Part shown: positions 58,033-64,000 of the stretch, one piece after another
Layout of the letters: each line of letters opens with the position of its first letter
Position numbering within the stretch: position 1 is the stretch's first letter
NCBI GenBank assembly: GCA_964554185.1
Contig: CAZKNJ010000004.1
Coordinates: 3,699-67,698 of the forward strand
Direction of reading: 5' to 3'
Source: an uncultured Planctomycetales bacterium
GTDB taxonomy: Bacteria; 4484-113
DNA: 64,000 nt
Translations under genes and position numbers: made by a program
The notes under the pieces: model-generated
The model's database searches: none
Told to the model about the DNA's origin: nothing
What the model saw: the letters and a program-made list of their open reading frames with translations, nothing else

Positions 58033-60753
58033 TTATCTGAGTAGTTGCAGCACCGCTTGCGGCAGCTGGTTCGCCTGCGCCAGTGCGGCGGTGCCCGCCT
58101 GCAGGAGTATCTGCAGCCGGGTGGCGGTCAGCGTCTCAAGCGCGATGTCAGCGTCGCGGATGCGTGACTCGGACGCGGTGAGGTTCTCCGATGCGACGTC
58201 CAGGTTGCGGATGGTAGCTTCCAGCCGGTTCTGAATGGCGCCGAGAGCCGAGCGTTGCCCGTTCACCCGGGCGATGGCCTCGTCAACCGCCGTGATGGCC
58301 TCCTGTGCGAGGTCTTCGCTGACCAGCAGAATACCCCTCACGCCCATCGCTTCCGCCGACAGGTCGGCGATGAAGGTGCGCATCTGCTGCCCCTGGTTGG
58401 GGCCGATCTGCAGGATGAAGTCGCGCGGGGCGACATGGATGAACTGGGTCTGGGTTTGGGTGCTGTAAGACAGCTCGGGCCGCTCAGTCGGCAGGACATA
58501 GGGGAAGGTTGCGAAGGAGTTCACCCCTCCCAGCGGCGGCTGCGGATCCAGCACTACGCCCTGGCTGTTGTCAAAGAACAGCCGCAGCCCCGGCAGCAGG
58601 CCAACAATCTCGTTGCTGTCCGTGCGCACGGTGGCGGTGGACTTGCCTGTCTCAATGTTAACTGCGGACACGGAATACACTGGCGACAGCGGTGACTGAA
58701 TCTCGGTCAGGCCGAGCGCCTTGAGTAGCTTCTCGTCGCCGCTGAAGACGACCTGTGCGCCGGGCAGCGGCGTGGTGATGGATATCGTGCCGCGTGCCAG
58801 CCCCAGCACGTTCACATGCGCGATGTCTGGCGGCTGATTCAGGTTGACTGCACTCTCCAGGTTCAAGTCGCTGGTCAAGCTCGGGTTGTACATCGCCAGC
58901 GAGATCTTGCCGGTGACGTCCTCCAGCGTGTCGTTGGGCGTGATGTTCACGTGCACGTAACGGCCGGAGCCGCGGAGGTAGATCTTGAAGTCCACGCTGC
59001 TGCGTCCATCAAACACCCCCATATCCTGGAAACGGCTGATGGAGCCCAGCGTGGTGAGCTGGTCCGCCGGCACAACCGCGTTCGGGCTGACGTTGAACAC
59101 GGCGGTCTCGCCCGCCTGGAAGATGGCGTCAAACGAGATCTTGATGCCCGTCAGCTCCACAATGTCGTTGCGGCGGTTGGCCGTCTCGGAAAGCGAGAAG
59201 AGCTGAATGCCGGCGGCAACCGGGTCGGCGTCAATCTGGCTGCCCTTGGACGCTTCAATCGCCATCTGCTTGTCGTAACCCGAGCGAATCAGGCTGGTGT
59301 ACGCCGAGTTGTTGAAAGAGTAGAGCGCATAAGTGCGGTTGGACGCCGTGGAGATGAGGAAGGAACCTGACCGCGCCACCGGTGCGGTCTGCCAGACGCG
59401 GCCGAACTTCTGGAGGTGGTTCACCCCCTCCTTCTCGTGCATCGTCAGCACATCCGACTGGCCGACGTTGCTGGCCGCCGCGCGAGTGGACAGCCGCACA
59501 TGCAGCGCGCCCACGGTGGGATCGCCAATGCTGAACGGCGTGCCGCCGATCAGCGCATTGGCCGTGCCCACCGAGCCGATGTAGGTGCCGCCGGTGTTCG
59601 TGATCTCGTAGTTCGCGGATGAGTGGAACTGATTGGTCACGAAGTCCGCGCCGGACGCACCCACGCTGACGTAAAACTTGCTTCCGCTCTCGTCCACATC
59701 ATTGAAGGAGATGCGCGTGAGTGAAGCCCCCAGGCCGGCGGTGGTTACCGACAAGGCGCCGGAGGCCGTCACCAATACGGCGGAGCCGCTGCCTACGCTG
59801 AACGTGTCGTACAGGACGGTGATGGCGCTGGAGACCCGCGCCGCCAGCAGTGCGAGCGTGTCTCCGCCCGCGTCAAGCAAGACGTTTGCCGTGCTCCCAT
59901 CGCTGAACATGAACGTAAGGGTGTCCACGCCAGTAGTGAGTTCCTGCGCCTGAATCAGGGTGGAGACAGCAGCACCTCCCGCTGCGTTGTTAAGGGCCAG
60001 CAAAGCGAAGCTGGTGGAGCCGTTTTGCAGGATGGTCTGGCCATCCGCCGTGGGCGGGACAACCAGCTCTGCCAGTCCGCTGTTGCCGATACCGCTGTTG
60101 TTAGCGGTGGTGAGTGAGACGTGGGCCGTGTAAGTGGTCAGATAGTTGATCTGGCCGACGGCGTCGGTCGTCTGGAGGGTGTTGAAGACGTTGGTCTTCT
60201 GCACCTGCAGTTGCCCGGAACCAACTACCGGGCGCAACTCCAGCATGAAGTTGCCGCCTTCGCCCACGTTTCCCACAACGGCTGCCCTCAATAGCAGCGG
60301 ATTGTCGGTGGACACAAGCGCTCCCAGCGTGCCATCCAGGAGTTTCCTTGTGTTGAACTCGGTGGTCTGCGCGATACGGTCAATCTCCAGAATCAACTGG
60401 TCCACCTCATCCTGAATAGCAATCCGGTCGTTACTCGTGTAGATACCGTTGGCCGCCTGCACTGCCAGCTCGCGAATGCGCTGCAGGATTGCTCCGGTCT
60501 CGTTTAGCGCGCCTTCCGCCGACTGAATCAGCGAGATGCCGTCCAGGGCGTTGGCGGACGCGCGGTCCAGCCCGCGAATCTGCGAGCGCAGCTTCTCCGA
60601 GATGGAGAGGCCGGCCGCATCATCCGCCGCGCGGTTGATGCGCAAACCCGATGAGAGCCTCTCCAGCGAACGCGCAAGCAACGAGCCAGTAGCCGAGAGG
60701 TTGCGGGCAGCGTTGAGGGCAACCACATTGTGGTTGATGCGAAGAATACTCAT
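58033..60753 (-). CDS. fliC: giant flagellin (906 aa) with ~630-aa hypervariable central region
   Basis: N-term SILRINHNVVALNAARNLS..LERLSSGLRINRAADDAAGLSISEKLRSQIRGL and C-term SALGAIQNRLEATIRNLDVASENLTASESRIRDADIA..LTATRLQILLQAGTAALAQANQ are canonical flagellin D0/D1; RBS AGGAGG 7 nt upstream. Confidence 0.88.
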   Translation of the reverse strand: MSILRINHNVVALNAARNLSATGSLLARSLERLSSGLRINRAADDAAGLSISEKLRSQIRGLDRASANALDGISLIQSAEGALNETGAILQRIRELAVQAANGIYTSNDRIAIQDEVDQLILEIDRIAQTTEFNTRKLLDGTLGALVSTDNPLLLRAAVVGNVGEGGNFMLELRPVVGSGQLQVQKTNVFNTLQTTDAVGQINYLTTYTAHVSLTTANNSGIGNSGLAELVVPPTADGQTILQNGSTSFALLALNNAAGGAAVSTLIQAQELTTGVDTLTFMFSDGSTANVLLDAGGDTLALLAARVSSAITVLYDTFSVGSGSAVLVTASGALSVTTAGLGASLTRISFNDVDESGSKFYVSVGASGADFVTNQFHSSANYEITNTGGTYIGSVGTANALIGGTPFSIGDPTVGALHVRLSTRAAASNVGQSDVLTMHEKEGVNHLQKFGRVWQTAPVARSGSFLISTASNRTYALYSFNNSAYTSLIRSGYDKQMAIEASKGSQIDADPVAAGIQLFSLSETANRRNDIVELTGIKISFDAIFQAGETAVFNVSPNAVVPADQLTTLGSISRFQDMGVFDGRSSVDFKIYLRGSGRYVHVNITPNDTLEDVTGKISLAMYNPSLTSDLNLESAVNLNQPPDIAHVNVLGLARGTISITTPLPGAQVVFSGDEKLLKALGLTEIQSPLSPVYSVSAVNIETGKSTATVRTDSNEIVGLLPGLRLFFDNSQGVVLDPQPPLGGVNSFATFPYVLPTERPELSYSTQTQTQFIHVAPRDFILQIGPNQGQQMRTFIADLSAEAMGVRGILLVSEDLAQEAITAVDEAIARVNGQRSALGAIQNRLEATIRNLDVASENLTASESRIRDADIALETLTATRLQILLQAGTAALAQANQLPQAVLQLLR

Positions 60754-60858
60754 GCGCTTATCCTCCTTGATAAGACTTCATATTTCCTGAGTCGAGCGTC
60801 CCTGCTCGTGTCAGGAGCCCCTTCTTTCGGCGCAGGAAAGATGGGTAGCCAACTAGGT

Positions 60859-60885
60859 TTATCGGCGGCCGCGGCGGCGGCTTTA
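60859..60885 (-). promoter_or_regulatory. sigma-28 (FliA) promoter, perfect TAAA-N15-GCCGATAA, for fliC
   Basis: minus strand: TAAAgccgccgccgcggccGCCGATAA; ~100-nt leader to fliC ATG. Confidence 0.7.
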
Positions 60886-60916
60886 GGGGAAAAGCGCCGT
60901 CCGGTATACTGAATCC

Positions 60917-61717
60917 GTGCGGAATCGGCAGAACATCACGGTGGTAATTCTCGGCATGGCGCTGCTCATCGCGCTGCTGGCGGTGTCGTGCAAGCAAAAG
61001 CCCACGGAAGAGAAGGGCGCGCCGGCGGCGAAGAAGCAAGCCCCGGCTGGCATCGGTGCAAACGAGACGCTGGGCTTCCCCCTCAAGCTGGGCGAGCGCT
61101 TCCAGCTGCAGGAACTCACGAAGAAGCTCGCGCGCGCGGACTTCCCGGTGCAGGTGGCGGCGGAGGATGCAACCGACCGGCTCGTGCCCGGCACGCTGGG
61201 CGACGGCACGCTGTACTTCTTCCTCACGCCCGACCCGCGCACGCCCGAGCTGGTCGGTGGGCTGAAGGTCAGCGTGGATCTGGACACGGCCAAGGCGGTC
61301 GGCCTTATCACCGAGGAGCGGCGCAATGATCTGGTGCAGGAAGCGCGGGCGAAGGCTGATTCTATGTCGGCCGACGACACGTTCCTGGCGCGCTACACCG
61401 CGGCGGAGGCGCAGCTGGCAGCCGCACGCAATCCCGAGGTGGCGCGGACGGCCGAAGGCCTGGGCATTGGCTCAGCCAAGGCTGATCTCATCGCCGCCTA
61501 CGGCGAGACCAAGGACATGGCGTTCGAGTCGGGCGACACCACGCTCATTTACCGCGGCAAGGACGCCGCCGTGGCCTTCCGGCTGACGCTGGGCGTGGTG
61601 CGCTCCGTAACCGTCTTCCCGCCGGATTACGACTACTTGCAGTTCCTGGAAGACACTGCCGCCGTGCTGAGCGGCAAGCCCATTGAGCCGCGGGAGGGGG
61701 AAGGCGCAGGGGAATAA
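60917..61717 (+). CDS. putative lipoprotein, function unknown
   Basis: GTG start; signal MRNRQNITVVILGMALLIALLAVSC (lipobox L-A-V-S-C); 266 aa. Confidence 0.5.
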   Translation: MRNRQNITVVILGMALLIALLAVSCKQKPTEEKGAPAAKKQAPAGIGANETLGFPLKLGERFQLQELTKKLARADFPVQVAAEDATDRLVPGTLGDGTLYFFLTPDPRTPELVGGLKVSVDLDTAKAVGLITEERRNDLVQEARAKADSMSADDTFLARYTAAEAQLAAARNPEVARTAEGLGIGSAKADLIAAYGETKDMAFESGDTTLIYRGKDAAVAFRLTLGVVRSVTVFPPDYDYLQFLEDTAAVLSGKPIEPREGEGAGE

Positions 61718-61794
61718 GAATGGACTCGCGACCTCCAGGTCGCGAGACCTCTAAAGGTGTGGCGAACTGGAGTTCACCACTCCGGTTACTGTGG

Positions 61795-62874
61795 CTAGTC
61801 CAGCACGTACACCACGACGTCGCGGCGGCCGAACTCGTAGCATTCCTCCACGGTCTCAAAGCCCAGGTCTATGATGTTGCCCTTGATGGCGCCGCCGGTG
61901 TCGCCGGCGATGGCGTAGCCGTAGCCCTCAATGTACAGCCGCGTGTTCAGCGGTATCACGCCCGGGTCCACCGCCACCACGCCGTACCCCGCCTCATAGC
62001 CGCAGGCGGTGTAGCCGCTGGCCCAGCGCCCGTTGCTGGTGGGGCCGGGCTCGTACGCGGTCGCCTCCATCGTCAGCTTTTTCGCGTACCGCGTCGGCGG
62101 CTTCCATTCGCGCGAGGTCAGCTTGCGCGCGCGCATTATCTCTTCAAACGTCGGGATGTAGCCCTCGGGCGCAGTCTCGTAAATCGCGATGACGCGCGGC
62201 GTGCCGCTCTGCAGCGGCTCCACGCGGATGCGTTCGCCCACCAGCTCGCCCGCGAGGTAGAAGTAGGTGGCGAACACCTCGCGTTCGCCCGGCGTCCCCG
62301 GCTTGAGCACTTCCACCCGCGCCTCGCCCTGCGTGGGGATGGTGCGGTACTCCACCTCCGGTAGCAGCGACTGGCGCTCCGAGATGCGCGCCACCGCCAC
62401 GCGCGGCAGCCGCAGCTTCGCCGGCGGCGGGGCAGTGAGGTCCAGCTTCTGCTCCTGCATGTACTCGTAGGGTAGGTAGAGGCTCAGCTCATCGAAGAAC
62501 TCCGCGAGGTTCGCCGCTTCGGTCGGGTGGATGAAGGTGTCGTTTTCCAGCTCCACCGTCACTTCGCCGGTGGACGCCTGCGCCGACACGGGCTGCATCA
62601 CGCGGTTCAGCCGCGTAAGCCCTGCGAGCTTCGACGGGTGCTCGTCGGGGGTGAACGCGAGCAGCGCAAGCGTCGCGAGCGCCATTAGCGCCAGCATCAC
62701 CGCGAGTGGGCGCAGCCGGTGCAGCGCCGCGCGCGCGTGGAGTTCCGCCAGCGGCAGCCTCCGCGCCAGCGGCGCCTGCGGCCGCCGAAGCGTCCGCAGC
62801 AGTGGCCTGCGTGTAATGCGCATAATCCTCCTGGTCCGGCGCCCCCGAGGGGGACGCCTCAAGCCCCGTTCCAC
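61795..62874 (-). CDS. cell-wall-binding protein with G5-like and C-terminal 3D (MltA/RlpA-like) domain (YabE/YocH-like)
   Basis: N-terminal TM/signal; C-terminal EATAYEPGPTSNGRWASGYTA..GVVAVDPGVIPLNTRLYIEGYGYAIAGDTGGAIKGNIIDL (3D domain with the three Asp). Confidence 0.65.
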   Translation of the reverse strand: MERGLRRPPRGRRTRRIMRITRRPLLRTLRRPQAPLARRLPLAELHARAALHRLRPLAVMLALMALATLALLAFTPDEHPSKLAGLTRLNRVMQPVSAQASTGEVTVELENDTFIHPTEAANLAEFFDELSLYLPYEYMQEQKLDLTAPPPAKLRLPRVAVARISERQSLLPEVEYRTIPTQGEARVEVLKPGTPGEREVFATYFYLAGELVGERIRVEPLQSGTPRVIAIYETAPEGYIPTFEEIMRARKLTSREWKPPTRYAKKLTMEATAYEPGPTSNGRWASGYTACGYEAGYGVVAVDPGVIPLNTRLYIEGYGYAIAGDTGGAIKGNIIDLGFETVEECYEFGRRDVVVYVLD

Positions 62875-63015
62875 TCCCCTGAGTGGCGGCTATTATACCA
62901 GATGGGGGGATAATCGCGCAGCAAATGCAAGCGGCCCGCGGCCTATCCCATATGGGAATGCCACCATACGGTGACAGTGCGGCCGACGGGCCTATCCGGG
63001 AGGGATTGTACAGCG

Positions 63016-63115
63016 TTTGCAGTTCGCGTGGTATAATACTAGTGTCCTCTGCCTATGGCAGGGGATCGGAATTGGCTTCAGCCGCTGAGCCATATCAGCG
63101 GCTGTTTCTATTTCC
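63016..63115 (+). ncRNA. candidate small transcript: extended -10 promoter (TGgTATAAT) followed within ~45 nt by a strong rho-independent terminator
   Basis: -10 at 63029-63037; hairpin cagccgctg-agccatat-cagcggctg (9-bp perfect stem) + TTTcTaTTTcc; no ORF between. Confidence 0.35.
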
Positions 63116-63577
63116 ACCGATCGCTGCTGATTATCCTCTGATACGCGCTCGCATATCCTGGCTTGGTGGTCTTGTCCACGCACATTACTGTGATTAGACA
63201 CAGTTCGCTTGCGGAGACCGGCTTAAGTATCACGCAGAAGGGCGTTGAGTGCTCGATGACCTGACATCTTGCCCCGCGACCGCGAGCATCCACATGTCTG
63301 TCGTCCGTGAACCTATCGCACAGTGGGTCTTGGAGCATTGGGAGAATCCAGTCCATCCTCTTGAGCCTACATGGATCCCATGTCCTTTGTGAACTACTAG
63401 AACCTCTTGACCTTGAGAAGAGGTGTTCGAACGCGCCTGCGTGAAAGCGTATTGCCGAGCCGTCCCAGATGGTGTGAGGGCTGGGTTGGACGAGGGTACT
63501 GACGTAATGCCGCCTATAAGCACTAATGTCCAGACGGCTGTCAGTGTCCAGTAACTCCAGCAGTGGGGGCAGGACCA

Positions 63578-64000
63578 TTACCAACGACTCCCCGGATGCC
63601 AGCGAAACACATTGAACTTCAGATAATCGCGGCTTGTTGGGCGATTCATTGGACGCTGCAATCGCACTTCCGCCAGTGTCAGAAGCTCGCGCTTAGCGGG
63701 ACTCTTAGTTTGGTCGTTGAAGCGTGCTCCCACTGCACCAATCAGCAAGTCTGCGAGCTGGAGAAAGTCAACCTGCGAAGAGGGCAGAGCCTGCACGAAC
63801 TCAATGCGGGCAGCCAGATTGGAGTACTTGAGGCAATCGCGGAGTACGTTCAAGCGGTCGCGCTTGCGGCTAGTCTTCAGGTCCACAAACACCCGGTAGG
63901 AGTTTCCATCTTCCAGCCAGTGCTTAATGAGCTGATAGTAGAACTTGTAGAACATGAGTTCGTGGTCGCCCTCATGGAACTTGATGGCATCGAGCTCGTC
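63578..64000 (-). CDS. DUF3800-family protein (N-terminus beyond window end)
   Basis: Frame open to window edge; C-terminal ...SSQVDFLQLADLLIGAVGARF.. resembles the QLAD motif region of DUF3800; lower-GC context. Confidence 0.4.
   Translation of the reverse strand, partial: DELDAIKFHEGDHELMFYKFYYQLIKHWLEDGNSYRVFVDLKTSRKRDRLNVLRDCLKYSNLAARIEFVQALPSSQVDFLQLADLLIGAVGARFNDQTKSPAKRELLTLAEVRLQRPMNRPTSRDYLKFNVFRWHPGSRW

Noticed and set aside
58947-59206. Short ORFs inside the flagellin central region on both strands
   Set aside because: Embedded within a gene whose termini are unambiguous flagellin; no independent support
62883-63584. ORFs 62883-63197(+), 63108-63584(-), 63230-63523(-) in the low-GC tail
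   Set aside because: No RBS, no family resemblance, mutually overlapping; region more likely non-coding

Overview
High-GC (~65%) bacterial chromosomal segment, probably from a diderm organism: it carries Wza-like, LptC-like and lipoprotein signals. Most of the window is housekeeping. Main blocks, in order:

- **1-10.7 kb:** a translationally coupled nuoF(partial)-G-H-I-J-K-L-M-N respiratory complex I operon.
- **10.9-15.1 kb:** a lipoprotein, a NIL-domain/4Fe-4S ferredoxin (MA1822-like), a methylmalonyl-CoA-mutase catalytic subunit and a NifU-like scaffold.
- **15.3-20.0 kb:** a minimal polysaccharide-export pair (Wzz-like co-polymerase with a degenerate kinase-like tail, plus Wza-like) followed by tmk.
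- **20.1-23.0 kb:** tRNA-Ser(CGA), znuABC-like metal uptake and cutA.
- **23.2-26.7 kb:** a 1164-aa secreted dockerin/PKD/PQQ-propeller/BNR-repeat protein.
- **26.8-32.3 kb:** an M48 peptidase, a gamma-carbonic-anhydrase-like protein, a corA-PP2C phosphatase pair and a DUF169 protein.
- **32.4-38.5 kb:** an LptC-like protein, aspS, a SAM methyltransferase, gltX and a small glutamate dehydrogenase.
- **38.8-41.8 kb:** a hybrid PAS/HisKA_3 histidine kinase fused to a complete NarL-type response regulator, with a paralogous stand-alone regulator downstream.
- **42.1-49.0 kb:** the most unusual locus. It encodes a Cys-rich tandem-motif mini-protein, a NuoE-like 2Fe-2S protein with a Zn-ribbon tail, a 1078-aa NuoE-domain/NuoF/GltD triple fusion, a NuoG-N-terminal-like ferredoxin and an archaeal-type GltB (FMN glutamate-synthase domain) protein. 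Together these suggest an undescribed NAD(P)H/ferredoxin-linked glutamate-synthase-like flavin-iron-sulfur complex; the two glutamate dehydrogenase genes flanking the locus hint at a nitrogen-assimilation role.
- **49.1-51.6 kb:** a Phd/RelE toxin-antitoxin pair and an NADP-type glutamate dehydrogenase.
- **52.0-60.9 kb:** a YvyF-like flagellar-operon protein, pyrD, then a giant FliD (about 1290 aa) and a giant flagellin (906 aa). The flagellin is driven by a perfect sigma-28 promoter.
- **60.9-64.0 kb:** a lipoprotein, a G5/3D-domain cell-wall protein, and a lower-GC tail holding a promoter/terminator pair that would yield a ~70-90 nt transcript, plus a DUF3800 gene truncated at the window edge.

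No CRISPR array, rRNA or transposase was seen.
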